Counted from the stretch's first letter, positions 37,419 through 48,050 are shown. The stretch is DNA of 64,000 bases from Candidatus Latescibacterota bacterium (GCA_965219455.1 OZ244744.1:4864001-4928000); one strand, 5' to 3'. Notes: generated by a model not told the origin, from the sequence alone. A program made the numbers and translations.

Positions 37419-39341
37419 TCAGGGTTCCGACGTGGCTTCGTCCGTGGGGGCGTTTGAGAGGAGCTGGAGCTTTCCGTTGCGGATGGTCAGCATGTACATC
37501 CAGGCATTTTCACGATTGCCTTTGCTGAAGGATATTCTTCCGGTGGCGCCGGGTATTTCGCCCAGATTTTCAAGGGTGTTCTGAAGCCGTTGCCGAGACG
37601 TACCGCCCCTGTCGATAGCGGTCAAAACCGCTGACATGGCGTCGTATCCCAGCGCGGCCGCAATGCCCTGGTCTCGATTGAACCGTTCCCTGAAAGCGCC
37701 CAGGAACTCGTGAACGGAGACCATATTGCTACGTGTGGAGTACTTGGCGACAAAGACCGCGCCGTTCGTATAGGAATCTCTCGCGACCGCATGATGGTTC
37801 CAGCCGTCGCTGCCCAGCAACTGCGCGTGGATGAGGTGAAAGGCGATCTGAGGCGCGATCAGAAGCACATCGTCCTTTCCCCCCGCGATAAGCAGGCCGT
37901 CCAACGTACGCACCGGTTCCGGCTGCACCGTGTCGGGATCGACGATAACCGGGGGCGCTGGCGCCAGGCGAATGCTCCCCAGGAGCAGGGAGTCCATTTC
38001 GTCCGCCAGAATTGCGGGCGGGTGCAGCGCCAGACCGGCGTCCCGGACGCGTTTCAACTGACCCTTGTAGTCGGTTGTACCGGGTTCGTACCATGTCTGG
38101 ACAATGACCTCCGAACCCAGATCTTCCGCGCGGGCACTGAACTCATTGGCGATTCTTTCCCCGTAGGAATCCCGCGATGCCAGTGAAGCCAGCGTACGCA
38201 GGCCCAATTCCCGGACCGCGTAGTCGGCAATTCTGCGGCCCTGAGCGCCGGGCGTGGCGTTGACCTGAAAAACGAAGGGGCTGAGGGAGGCGAGTCCGTC
38301 TTCCGAGGCCGTGGGTGCAATCAGCGGGACCTTATGGGGGCCCGCCAGCGCGGCAATGGGAAGGGTTTCGGCGCTCGTCAGGGCGCCGACAATGGCAATC
38401 ACACCGTGTTCTTCGATGAGGCTCTGAGCGGCCTTGACCGCGCGTACCGGGCTGCCTCCCGAATCTTTGAAGACGAGAGCGACCTGCTTTCCGGATTTGA
38501 GTGGGCGGATTTCTCTGGCAAGCAGAACACCGTCAATCATGTCCTTCCCCAGAGGGCTTGCCAGTGGCGCGATCAGGCCAATCGTGTAGTGCGCATCGGC
38601 CTGGCGTTCTGTGGCGACCGCGCGAGGTGTCGGCTGCGCTTCCGCCGCGGTCGGCGGAGCGGGCCGCGGTTTCGGGGGTTTAATGCGCGCCAGCGCCGCG
38701 AAAATACCGTTGGGATACCGATCCAGAAAAACGGTCATTTCCCTTCCGGAGGGTTCGGCCCCGGCAAGTCTCAACGGCCAGCGAGCCCGGCCGAAGGCGA
38801 CGGCCTCATCGATAATGGCACTTCCGAAGTCGTTTTGAAGACGGGCGACGTCGCCATCCGTGATTCTTCCTGCTCCTGCAAGTTGGCCCAACCGATCCGC
38901 GGCTCTGGCCTTCAAACGGAGGTCGCCCCGTCCCGTCACCACGTGAGCGTACTGGGTTGCAGCGCTGTAGACCTGGCCCCGATGAAATCTGCAGTCGCCG
39001 ATGATCAGGTCGGCTTCAGGGAGATAACGGCTATGGGGGAAGGCGTCGTAGAGTCCGGCTGCAGCGGCGGGAGCCAAGCCGTACTCTTTGAGTTTGTACA
39101 GCGATTTGGCCAGCATCAGCCTGGCGGCCGACGTGCGCTCGTGGGCCGGGTCGGCCTCTACCAACGCCTGGAAGGCCCGTTTCGCCTCGCGATAGCGGCC
39201 GTTAGCGTAGTCGCCAAGCGCCTTTTTGAATTGGGTTTCGACTTCTCTGCGGCCTGGCTGCGGTATCGAAGGTTGTGCAGCTGCAAGATGGGCAACGAAG
39301 ACAAGCCAGATCAGACAGCACGCTGAAGAGATTCGGTTCAC
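37419..39341 (-). CDS. TPR + periplasmic binding protein (penicillin-binding protein activator / LivK-like)
   Basis: Signal peptide; TPR-like helices; IGLIAPL, AIVGALTS, LLGSDGW, LGYDA and GATGRISF motifs. GTG start inferred. Confidence 0.75.
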   Translation of the reverse strand: MNRISSACCLIWLVFVAHLAAAQPSIPQPGRREVETQFKKALGDYANGRYREAKRAFQALVEADPAHERTSAARLMLAKSLYKLKEYGLAPAAAAGLYDAFPHSRYLPEADLIIGDCRFHRGQVYSAATQYAHVVTGRGDLRLKARAADRLGQLAGAGRITDGDVARLQNDFGSAIIDEAVAFGRARWPLRLAGAEPSGREMTVFLDRYPNGIFAALARIKPPKPRPAPPTAAEAQPTPRAVATERQADAHYTIGLIAPLASPLGKDMIDGVLLAREIRPLKSGKQVALVFKDSGGSPVRAVKAAQSLIEEHGVIAIVGALTSAETLPIAALAGPHKVPLIAPTASEDGLASLSPFVFQVNATPGAQGRRIADYAVRELGLRTLASLASRDSYGERIANEFSARAEDLGSEVIVQTWYEPGTTDYKGQLKRVRDAGLALHPPAILADEMDSLLLGSIRLAPAPPVIVDPDTVQPEPVRTLDGLLIAGGKDDVLLIAPQIAFHLIHAQLLGSDGWNHHAVARDSYTNGAVFVAKYSTRSNMVSVHEFLGAFRERFNRDQGIAAALGYDAMSAVLTAIDRGGTSRQRLQNTLENLGEIPGATGRISFSKGNRENAWMYMLTIRNGKLQLLSNAPTDEATSEP

Positions 39342-39553
39342 ACCTGTTTCCCCGCGGAAGAGGCACCCCGGAATACCTGGTTTGTCAACCCCGCCGGATA
39401 CGCTGGCGACCGGATTCGAGACCCGGCGGGAGGCTGAGGGCGCAAGGCGTCGTGTTCGCAGGATACCGCGACAATAAGACTCAAATATACGGACAATCCG
39501 CCGGACGGTCGAGAATTTTGTATCCGGACCGGAACAGGTTCCGTAGATTGTTA

Positions 39554-39582
39554 TTGACAAAACCCATGCGAGTATATAGAGT
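39554..39582 (+). promoter_or_regulatory. sigma-70-type promoter
   Basis: TTGACA-17 nt-TAGAGT. Confidence 0.45.
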
Positions 39583-39633
39583 ACGAACGAGGCGGCACAC
39601 GGGCAGTTGGAGCCCGGACCAAAGCGCTGAACC

Positions 39634-39728
39634 AATCCTGCGATCCTGTAAATCCTTGAATCCTGATCCAGACGGTGTTTGCGAGTACAGTCACCACGCG
39701 AAAAAATCCTGTAAATCCTGATCCTGAA
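39634..39728 (+). repeat. two blocks of periodic ATCC repeat
   Basis: ATCC at 39635, 39643, 39652, 39660, 39666 and at 39706, 39715, 39721; both blocks end aatcctgatcc(a/t)ga. Confidence 0.7.
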
Positions 39729-39738
39729 AGGATTACCA

Positions 39739-40938
39739 ATGAAAACCGACCAATCGTCCTCCACAAGCGCGGCTGAGCCGGCGGAAACGTCCTACAGGGC
39801 GCCTGCCTTCGCCGACGCTATGCCGGAGTTGTCGGCGCCGGGGGCCACGCCCGAGCGACTGGCTCACCTGGAAGCGCACGGATTCGTCATCATCAACGAC
39901 TTTGTCGACAATCCCTGGATCCCGGTCCTTCGGGAAGCGGGCCGCCGGGTTACCGAGGCGTGCGCGCCATCCAACGGCTATGGCAAGATCGACTGCTCCC
40001 GTGGTTACGTCCACCGGACCGGTGCGGACGAGCCGTGGGCGATTCGCGGTCTGGTACATCCCGCTTTCGATGAGCCGTGTTTCGCGAAGTTTCACGGCGC
40101 TACCGATTTCCTGGACTTTGTCCAATCGTGGTGCGGTGGTCTCCAACCCGAGGATGTCACGTTCGGCGGTTTACTGTTGTGGTGCAACCCCCGCCAGGCG
40201 GAACACGCCCTCGGTTGGCACCGGGACGTCACGTGGTGGGGAACCGGCAAACCCTACTTCGCGCAACGCGAGATCCGGGGCGAGGGACCCGAAGCATACA
40301 CGGAGGAGGTCGAGCGGGAACGCTGGGCGGAGATTCGCGCGAATAACGCCAGGTCGATCGCGAAGAGGAACGGCGTGAGCATGTTCCTGGCGCTGGTCGA
40401 CGACGAGTGTCATGAACTCATACCCGGCAGCCACGATCGTTGGCGCACGCCCTACGAGCACGATGTCCTCCTCCCCAAAGGTATGAAGGAGAAGGGTGTT
40501 CCTTACACACCCAGTTGGAACGGCGTCGACCCGCTGCCGAACCAGGTCGCGGTCCGGCTCAGGGCGGGTGAAGCCCTCATCCGGATCGGCGCGAACATTC
40601 ACACGGGTCACACCGTTCCGGATAGAGAACGGAACACGCTATCCATCGGGTGGTCCAGGTGGTCCGAGCCGTTTACGGGTGAGCCCGCGGTGGCCGACGT
40701 GCGAAGCGCGTGGCAACTCGATCCCGATGTGCGGGAAGCCTTGCCCTACGATTGGATGAAAACGGCGTGGGACCGGTGGGCCGAAACGCAAAAACTCGGT
40801 GATACGCTCGAAGACCGGTACCCCGCCTATGACATCCGCCGGATCAAGGCCGGGGACGTGGTGGGCTGGCGCGGTGAGTTGGAACGCCAGGCAGCCGCGG
40901 CCGGTGAAGCCTGGAAGCCCTTCGAGCGGGCCGGGTGA
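39739..40938 (+). CDS. PhyH-like 2OG-Fe(II) dioxygenase, divergent
   Basis: LEAHGFV, LGWHRD, LIPGSH, GEALI...IHTG and R.TL motifs. Confidence 0.7.
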   Translation: MKTDQSSSTSAAEPAETSYRAPAFADAMPELSAPGATPERLAHLEAHGFVIINDFVDNPWIPVLREAGRRVTEACAPSNGYGKIDCSRGYVHRTGADEPWAIRGLVHPAFDEPCFAKFHGATDFLDFVQSWCGGLQPEDVTFGGLLLWCNPRQAEHALGWHRDVTWWGTGKPYFAQREIRGEGPEAYTEEVERERWAEIRANNARSIAKRNGVSMFLALVDDECHELIPGSHDRWRTPYEHDVLLPKGMKEKGVPYTPSWNGVDPLPNQVAVRLRAGEALIRIGANIHTGHTVPDRERNTLSIGWSRWSEPFTGEPAVADVRSAWQLDPDVREALPYDWMKTAWDRWAETQKLGDTLEDRYPAYDIRRIKAGDVVGWRGELERQAAAAGEAWKPFERAG

Positions 40939-41176
40939 GGCCTCAGCCCCGTTTTCAAACCCCGTGCCGCTCTCCCCGGGTCCGGCGAATTGGCGGCCAT
41001 CGGGAGGATTGTGGATTCCACGCATTCGCGCCCCGATGTGGTCCGACGTATCCGGGCAGGCCGCGGGTATGGGGCTCGCCGGCGGCCGATTCCACACTGG
41101 ACGACGCTTTTTTTGAACAACTGCGCTTGACAAGCGTATATAAAGTAACGTCAATCCTGAAAGACCAACCTTTTGC

Positions 41177-41539
41177 GTGAGGCATGTCGTGATTCGCGCC
41201 CTCTCCATCTCATGTCTGGCCATCGGCTTCGTTCTCTCGGCCATCCAATGCCTGTGCGGGATGTCGGTGCAGGCTGAGGTCTGCCACGTTCAGGCAGCCG
41301 CTGCTGACTGCTGCTGCACCGGGACGGACGGCAGGGTAACCGACGCGCCACCCGACCTGCCTCCCGCCCTGGCGGCCGCGAGTCCCCGGTTTTCGGGTCC
41401 CGATTCCCATACCGCACCGCAAGGGGCCCCATCCCTGGTGGTCCTCTCTTTGCGTTTCCGTCAGGGGGATGCGTCTCATTCCGATTCGACCCATACATTA
41501 CCCCCGCTGTACCTGATGAAGTCTGCTTTTTTGATCTGA
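41177..41539 (+). CDS. small Cys/His-containing exported protein upstream of the metal efflux operon
   Basis: Hydrophobic N-terminus, CH...DCCC, and C-terminal PPLYL...FLI typical of efflux-operon leader ORFs. Confidence 0.6.
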   Translation: MRHVVIRALSISCLAIGFVLSAIQCLCGMSVQAEVCHVQAAAADCCCTGTDGRVTDAPPDLPPALAAASPRFSGPDSHTAPQGAPSLVVLSLRFRQGDASHSDSTHTLPPLYLMKSAFLI

Positions 41540-41697
41540 TTTCCCCCCTCGTCCGCGTCTTCCGCGGCATGTTCGATTTTACCCGTCTTCGTTCTCTGTT
41601 CGGACCGCAATCGCTCGAGGCGAACTCTTGGCTTTGCCATGAGTGTGTGTTTGCGTGATTTTCGTGACCAAATTTCCAGCCAGGGAGGTGACCTGTC

Positions 41698-42960
41698 TTG
41701 AAGGGATTCCCGTTACTCATAGGTTTGTGCCTCGTGCAGGTTCCACGCATCGCCGGCGCGGGAGCGCCGGAACTGGAAGGGCTGATTGACTCCGCGCTCG
41801 TGAACAATACCGGGTTGAAAGTACTTGAACACCGGCTGGCGGCGTTCGAGGCCAGGGTGCCGCGGGCGGGTGCGCTGGAAGATCCGATGCTGCGATTGGA
41901 TCTGATGAACCTGCCGACCAATGGCCTGGATTTCGACAGCACGCCGATGTCCGGTAAGCAGTTGACGATCAGCCAGCGGATTCCCCTTCCGGGCCTGCTC
42001 AGGGCCAGAGAACAGACGGCCGAATACGCGGCCGGGGCGGCCAGGGAGGTGCTCGCGGACAGGGAGGGCGTCATCGTCAATCTGGTGAAGCAGGGATATT
42101 ATGCGCTGGCGTTCCTTGACCGGGCAATCGAAGTGACCGAAAAGAACCGGGTCCTGCTCAAGGATCTGATCCGGATTTCCCGGACAAAGTACATGGTCGG
42201 TCGAGGTCTGCAACAGGATGTGTTGAAGGCGCAGGTGTCGCTTTCGGCGTTGGATGATCGGTTGATCAGGCTGAAAACCGGACGCCGGTTGGCGCAGACA
42301 CGGCTCAACCGGGTGATTAATAGACCCCCGCGGACGTCGGTGGACACACCCGATGAGGTAAGGCCAACGCCACTGGATCTCACGTTGCAGGAAATTCAGC
42401 GGCAGGCCGTGGACCATCGCCCGCTTTTAAAGGAAATTGACCAGAGCATTTCCCGGTGGGCGGCGACCGAACAGGCCGCGCGACGGGAGGGCTGGCCGCA
42501 ATTTACGTTTCTTCTCGGATATCGTCAGCGCGCGCTCGTCGGATCGGATCCGGTAAAGGGAAGCGATTTCCTCTCGCTCGGCGTCGGTCTGAACCTGCCG
42601 ATTTTCAACGGGAGGAAACGGGATTCCCGGATTGCGGAGTCGCGGGCCAACATGCGAATGGGCCAGGCGCAGAAAGAGGATGCAAGCCGAAATATTCAGT
42701 TCCGGGTGGAGGAGATTTGTCTCGAAATTGAACAACATTGGGAAGAGGCGGAGCTCTTTCGTACCGCAATTCTGCCCCAGGCTCAGCAGTCGCTGGAGTC
42801 CGCGATGGCCGGATACCAGGTGGACAAAGTCGACTTTCTGACTCTGTTGAACAACCAGGTCTCCCTCTTCAATTTTGAAATTGAATATTATCGGCATGTC
42901 ATCCAGCGCGAGAAAAAACTGGCCGAACTCGAAGCGGTTGTGGGGAAACGCTTGTTCTAG
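41698..42960 (+). CDS. TolC family outer-membrane efflux protein (CusC-like)
   Basis: LEDP, SQRIP.PG, QQDVLKAQV, LNLPIF and YQVDKVDFLTLL motifs. Confidence 0.9.
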   Translation: MKGFPLLIGLCLVQVPRIAGAGAPELEGLIDSALVNNTGLKVLEHRLAAFEARVPRAGALEDPMLRLDLMNLPTNGLDFDSTPMSGKQLTISQRIPLPGLLRAREQTAEYAAGAAREVLADREGVIVNLVKQGYYALAFLDRAIEVTEKNRVLLKDLIRISRTKYMVGRGLQQDVLKAQVSLSALDDRLIRLKTGRRLAQTRLNRVINRPPRTSVDTPDEVRPTPLDLTLQEIQRQAVDHRPLLKEIDQSISRWAATEQAARREGWPQFTFLLGYRQRALVGSDPVKGSDFLSLGVGLNLPIFNGRKRDSRIAESRANMRMGQAQKEDASRNIQFRVEEICLEIEQHWEEAELFRTAILPQAQQSLESAMAGYQVDKVDFLTLLNNQVSLFNFEIEYYRHVIQREKKLAELEAVVGKRLF

Positions 42961-43025
42961 AACCCGTCTGTATTTCGTGCGTGCTCCCAACGACCGCACG
43001 CACGGTGAAGAGGAAAGGTCGTGCT

Positions 43026-44309
43026 ATGTATACGAAAACGATTGTAGCGGTGATTCTCGCTCTGGCCATTGGATTTGTGGTCGGGATATGGTTGGGTGGA
43101 GACGACGGCCCGGAATCACACGACACGGGACCGGGCGTGTACCGGTGTCCGATGCATCCCACGGTGGTGTCGGATAGGCCCGGAAGCTGCCCGGTCTGTG
43201 GAATGGACCTGGTACCGGATCAGCCGGGTCCATCGGCGCACGAAGGCAGCCACGGAGAGGAAGTCGCCGAGGTCCGGATCGATCCGTCAACGGTTCAGAA
43301 TATGGGAGTCAGATTCGCGAGGGTGGAACGGCGGGCGTTGAGCCGGACCGTGCGCGCCCTGGGACGTGTGGATTACGACGAGACCCGGATGACGGACGTG
43401 AACACGAAGGTGACCGGTTGGGTGGAGGGGTTGTTTGTCGATTTTACCGGGCAGGAAGTGAAGAAGGGACAACCGTTGCTGGAAATCTACAGTCCCGAAC
43501 TTGTGGCCGCGCAGGAGGAGTATCTGACGGCGCTGGACTATGTACGGCGACTCGAGGACAGTGCGTCTGCCGAGGCCCTCGAGGGCGCCAGAGCGCTGTT
43601 GGGCGCGTCCCGGCAGCGTTTGATGTACTGGGATATTACGGAAGCGCAGATCCTCGAATTGAAAGCGACACGCCAGACAAAGCGTACGATGACGATCCAT
43701 TCCCCCCAGGAGGGCGTGGTGGTGCATCGAGCAGTCTTCGACGGCGCATACATCAAGGCCGGGGAGCATCTCTACCGAATTGCCGATCTTTCCCGGGTAT
43801 GGGTTTATGCCGATATCTACGAGTACGAGTTGCCGTGGATCCGTAAGGGGCAGGCAGCCGAGGTCGTGCTTTCATACTCGCCCGGGCGCGTGTTCCAGGG
43901 GGTGGTGACCTACATCTACCCGTTTCTGGAATCCAAGACTCGCACCGCGAAAGTGCGGATGATATTTGACAACCCGGAACTGGAACTGAAACCCGAGATG
44001 TTTGCCACGGTGAGGATCCGGTCGGAGGTTGCGAAACAGGCCGTCGTGGTTCCGGCACAGGCCGTGATTCGTTCCGGCGAACGAAACGTGGTGATCCTGG
44101 ATCTGGGCGAGGGCCGTTTCGCGCCTCGTGAGGTGACCCTGGGGGTCGAGACGAGCGACGTCTACGAGGTGACGGAGGGGCTGCGCGGAGACGAGCGGAT
44201 CGTCATTTCGTCGCAGTTCCTGATCGACTCGGAGAGCAATCTGAAGGCGGCGCTGGCGACGATGGGCGGAAATCACGAAGCATCTGCGCCGATGGAACAT
44301 CGGCATTGA
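43026..44309 (+). CDS. cusB: RND periplasmic adaptor with heavy-metal-binding domain
   Basis: YRCPMHP...CPVCGMDL, IYSPEL..AQEEY, IADLS.VWV, LKPEMF and SQFLIDSES motifs. Confidence 0.9.
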   Translation: MYTKTIVAVILALAIGFVVGIWLGGDDGPESHDTGPGVYRCPMHPTVVSDRPGSCPVCGMDLVPDQPGPSAHEGSHGEEVAEVRIDPSTVQNMGVRFARVERRALSRTVRALGRVDYDETRMTDVNTKVTGWVEGLFVDFTGQEVKKGQPLLEIYSPELVAAQEEYLTALDYVRRLEDSASAEALEGARALLGASRQRLMYWDITEAQILELKATRQTKRTMTIHSPQEGVVVHRAVFDGAYIKAGEHLYRIADLSRVWVYADIYEYELPWIRKGQAAEVVLSYSPGRVFQGVVTYIYPFLESKTRTAKVRMIFDNPELELKPEMFATVRIRSEVAKQAVVVPAQAVIRSGERNVVILDLGEGRFAPREVTLGVETSDVYEVTEGLRGDERIVISSQFLIDSESNLKAALATMGGNHEASAPMEHRH

Positions 44310-44402
44310 GAATGGGATCCGTAAGCGCGTTCCGGCGCGGAACCCGGGTTGGAGTCTATATCTCATATACCGAACGTTGAACTCCAAACGAAGGTTGATC
44401 GT

Positions 44403-47400
44403 ATGATTGGTCAAATGATAGAACTCAGTCTCCGAAACCGCTTTCTAATCGTGATTGCCGCGGTTTTTGCAATCGCCTGGGGTGTTTACGCGATGTTGAA
44501 CACGCCCCTGGACGCGATTCCGGACCTGTCGGACGTGCAGGTGATCGTGATGACCGATTTTCAGGGACAGGCGCCGCAGGTGGTGGAGGATCAGGTTACC
44601 TACCCCCTCACCTCCGCGATGCTGGCCGTACCCCATGCAAGGGTCGTGCGGGGATACTCCTTCTTCGGGTTGTCGTTCGTTTACGTGATTTTCGAGGATG
44701 GTACGGATATTTACTGGGCCAGGAGCCGGGTTCTGGAGGCGCTCAATACCGTTTCGAATCGGCTGCCGACGGGCGTGGCGCCGCGGCTGGGGCCGGACGC
44801 GACGGGGGTCGGATGGGTGTACGAATACGTTCTGGTTGACAGCACCGGGCGCCGTGATCTTTCGGAACTGCGATCCATCCAGGACTGGTACCTGCGCTAC
44901 GAACTCAGCAGCGTCCCGGGTGTGGCGGAGGTGGCGGCCGTGGGCGGGTACGTGAAGCAGTACCAGGTAACCGTGGATCCGAACCGGTTGCTGGCGTACA
45001 ATATTCCATTGCAAAAGGTACGGACGGCAATCCAGCGGAGCAATAACGACGTGGGCGGTCGAACCGTGGAATTCGGGGAAACGGAGTTTATGGTGCGCGG
45101 GCTGGGCTATATTCGATCGCTGGAGGATATCCGCAATATCGCGTTGGGGGTCGATGCCCGGGGTACGCCCGTCAGGGTTGGAGATATCGCCACTGTACAG
45201 CTGGGTCCGGAGATGCGCCGGGGCCTGGCGGAATGGAACGGCGAGGGGGAGGTCGTGGGCGGGATTGTCGTGATGCGTTACGGCGAAAACGCCCTGGCCG
45301 TGATCGACCGGGTGAAAGAAAAGATCGACTCGCTCAAACCGGGCCTGCCCGAAGGCGTGTCGATAAAGGTTGCCTATGATCGGTCCGCGCTGATACGCAG
45401 CGCCGTCGGCAATCTGCGAACCAAGTTAATCGAGGAAATGGCGGTGGTGGCGCTGGTCTGCGTCGTGTTCCTGTTGCATTTTCGCAGCGCATTCGTGGCG
45501 ATATTCGCGCTGTCAATCGGCGTACTGATCTCGTTCGGCATGATGTTCACACAAGGTATGAATTCCAATATCATGTCGCTCGGGGGGATCGCGGTTGCCA
45601 TCGGCGCGATGGTCGACGCGTCGATCGTGATGATTGAGAACGCCCATAAACACCTTGAGCAGAACAACGGGCAGCGAGGCCATCTCGAGATCATCGCTCG
45701 CGCTTCAAAGGAGGTGGGACCTGCGCTGTTTTATTCGCTTCTGGTGATAACCGTCTCGTTTCTTCCGGTGTTTACGCTTCAGGCCCAGGAGGGCCGTTTG
45801 TTCAAGCCGCTGGCCTATACAAAGACGTTTGCGATGGGCGGCGCGGCGTTGCTCGCCATCACGGTCGTTCCCGTGCTGGTGAGCTTTTTTGTCCGTGGCA
45901 GAATCCGGCCGGAGGCGCGGAACCCCATCAGCAGGTTTTTCATCTGGACCTATCGTCCGGTAATCGAATGGGTTTTGAGAAACAGGCTCGCCACGGTTGT
46001 GCTGGCGGGCGCTGTGATGTTCATTACGCTCTTCCCATTCCGGAGCATCGTGCTCGAGCGGTTTTCGGATGCGCCACGCAGCCTCGCGTATCGGGCGCTT
46101 GTAAGGCTGGACCGCCTGTTCCCGTTGGATAAGATCGGTTCCGAGTTCATGCCGCCCCTCTATGAAGGAGACCTTCTCTACATGCCCACCACACTGCCGG
46201 GAATCTCGGTGACCCGGGCACGTGAATTGCTGCAGCAGACGGACAAGATCATCAAGGCGTTTCCGGAGGTCCGGGACGTATTCGGCAAGATCGGGCGGGC
46301 CGAGACCGCAACGGACCCGGCGCCGCTCGCGATGATCGAAACCACGATAACGTTGAAGCCGGAGAGCGAATGGCGCCCGGGAATGACGCCTGAAAAGTTG
46401 ATCGAGCGGCTGAACCGGGCAATTCAGTTCCCCGGCCTGACCAACTCGTGGACAATGCCGATCAAGACGCGAATCGATATGTTGTCAACGGGGATCAAGA
46501 CGCCGGTGGGTGTCAAGATCGCGGGGGAGGATCTGGAGGTCCTGCAGCGCCTGGGTCAACACATCGAGAGGGTGATTCGCGATCTCCCGGGTACCCTGAG
46601 CGTGTTTGCCGAACGGGTCGTGGGCGGGAACTATCTGGACTTCGATATCGACCGGGAGGAGGCCGCGCGTTATGGGCTCACGGTGGGGGACGTGCAGGAC
46701 GTGATTATGTTTGCCGTCGGGGGGATGAATATAACAACGACCGTTGAGGGTTTGGAACGCTATCCGGTCAATCTGCGTTATGGCAGGGAACTGCGCGACA
46801 ACCTGCCGGCGCTGCGCCGGGTGCTGGTGCCGACGCCCACCGGCGCCCACATTCCCATTCAGCAACTCGCGGACATCCGTATCAGAAAAGGACCGCCGGG
46901 AATCAAGAGTGAGAACGCGCGTCTGAATGCCTGGGTGTACGTGGATATCCAGGGCATCGACGTTGGAACCTACGTGAAACGCGCGCAACAGGCGGTGCTG
47001 GAGAAGGTGTCCATGCCGCCGGGCTATTCGGTATCCTGGAGCGGGCAATACGAGTACATGCAGAGGGCGGAAAAACGATTGAAACTGGTCGTGCCTCTCA
47101 CCCTTGGAATCATCTTCCTGCTGTTGTATCTCAACTTCAGGAATGTACCGGAGAGCCTTATCGTCATGTTGTCCCTGCCCTTTGCGATGGTGGGCGGCAT
47201 CTGGTTGATGTACCTGCTGGATTACGATATGAGCGTTGCAGTTGGCGTCGGGTTCATCGCACTGGGCGGTCTGGCTGCGGAGACGGGCGTGGTCATGCTG
47301 GTCTATCTGGATCAGGCGTACGACCGCATTCGCAAGGCACGGGGAGATGAAATGAACGCCGTGGACCTCAGGAGAGCGGTTGTTGCAGGTGCGGTGGAAC

Positions 47401-47606
47401 GCGTCCGGCCGAAAATGATGACCGTGCTGACGACACTTTTGGGGTTGCTGCCCATCATGTGGGGGCACGGGATCGGGTCAGAGACAATGAAGCGTATTGC
47501 GGCGCCGATGGTCGGCGGCGTCGCTTCGTCCGCACTTCTGACGCTGATTGTGATACCTGTCGTATACGCGTTGTGGAAAGGTCGATCGCTGAAAGATGAG
47601 AGTTGA
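44403..47606 (+). CDS. cusA: CusA/CzcA heavy-metal RND efflux pump (Cu(I)/Ag(I) type)
   Basis: LDAIPDLSDVQV; Met triad contexts LLYMP, PLAMIET and RIDMLSTG; RVRPKMMT. Confidence 0.95.
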   Translation: MIGQMIELSLRNRFLIVIAAVFAIAWGVYAMLNTPLDAIPDLSDVQVIVMTDFQGQAPQVVEDQVTYPLTSAMLAVPHARVVRGYSFFGLSFVYVIFEDGTDIYWARSRVLEALNTVSNRLPTGVAPRLGPDATGVGWVYEYVLVDSTGRRDLSELRSIQDWYLRYELSSVPGVAEVAAVGGYVKQYQVTVDPNRLLAYNIPLQKVRTAIQRSNNDVGGRTVEFGETEFMVRGLGYIRSLEDIRNIALGVDARGTPVRVGDIATVQLGPEMRRGLAEWNGEGEVVGGIVVMRYGENALAVIDRVKEKIDSLKPGLPEGVSIKVAYDRSALIRSAVGNLRTKLIEEMAVVALVCVVFLLHFRSAFVAIFALSIGVLISFGMMFTQGMNSNIMSLGGIAVAIGAMVDASIVMIENAHKHLEQNNGQRGHLEIIARASKEVGPALFYSLLVITVSFLPVFTLQAQEGRLFKPLAYTKTFAMGGAALLAITVVPVLVSFFVRGRIRPEARNPISRFFIWTYRPVIEWVLRNRLATVVLAGAVMFITLFPFRSIVLERFSDAPRSLAYRALVRLDRLFPLDKIGSEFMPPLYEGDLLYMPTTLPGISVTRARELLQQTDKIIKAFPEVRDVFGKIGRAETATDPAPLAMIETTITLKPESEWRPGMTPEKLIERLNRAIQFPGLTNSWTMPIKTRIDMLSTGIKTPVGVKIAGEDLEVLQRLGQHIERVIRDLPGTLSVFAERVVGGNYLDFDIDREEAARYGLTVGDVQDVIMFAVGGMNITTTVEGLERYPVNLRYGRELRDNLPALRRVLVPTPTGAHIPIQQLADIRIRKGPPGIKSENARLNAWVYVDIQGIDVGTYVKRAQQAVLEKVSMPPGYSVSWSGQYEYMQRAEKRLKLVVPLTLGIIFLLLYLNFRNVPESLIVMLSLPFAMVGGIWLMYLLDYDMSVAVGVGFIALGGLAAETGVVMLVYLDQAYDRIRKARGDEMNAVDLRRAVVAGAVERVRPKMMTVLTTLLGLLPIMWGHGIGSETMKRIAAPMVGGVASSALLTLIVIPVVYALWKGRSLKDES

Positions 47607-47696
47607 TTATCGATGATTGTTGTCATATATTCGAAGTTGCAGGCGTCAGGTTTCGGAAAACGCCAAACTTTCCCTTTCGTCAGAGGAGATTGATCC

Positions 47697-48050
47697 ATGC
47701 GCAAGACCACTTCCGTCCTGCTTTCCAACGTACTCGCGTTCTGCTTTCTCGCCGTCACAGCGTGTTCCACGGCGGAAACCCGCACGGCGAAAATCAACGT
47801 GCCCACCGCGCAGTGTATGATGTGCGCAAATAAGATTGACAAGGCCTTGAAAAATGTGGATGGCGTGAAAAAGGTGGACGTTGATATGGACATCAAGGTT
47901 GTCAACGTAACCTACGATGCGGCGCGCACCGACACCGCAAAGTTGGAACAGGCGATTGCGCAGGCGGGTTATCAGGCGAATCAGGCGCCCGCGGACAGCG
48001 TGGCCTACGCGAATTTGCCGGATTGTTGTAAAGTGCCACCGCCTCAATAG
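47697..48050 (+). CDS. heavy-metal-associated (HMA) domain lipoprotein
   Basis: VTAC lipobox, AQCMMC, AGY and C-terminal LPDCCK. Confidence 0.85.
   Translation: MRKTTSVLLSNVLAFCFLAVTACSTAETRTAKINVPTAQCMMCANKIDKALKNVDGVKKVDVDMDIKVVNVTYDAARTDTAKLEQAIAQAGYQANQAPADSVAYANLPDCCKVPPPQ

Noticed and set aside
39342-39764. N-terminal extension of ORF 37419..39764
   Set aside because: It runs through the ATCC repeats and a promoter; the signal peptide begins at the GTG at 39341.
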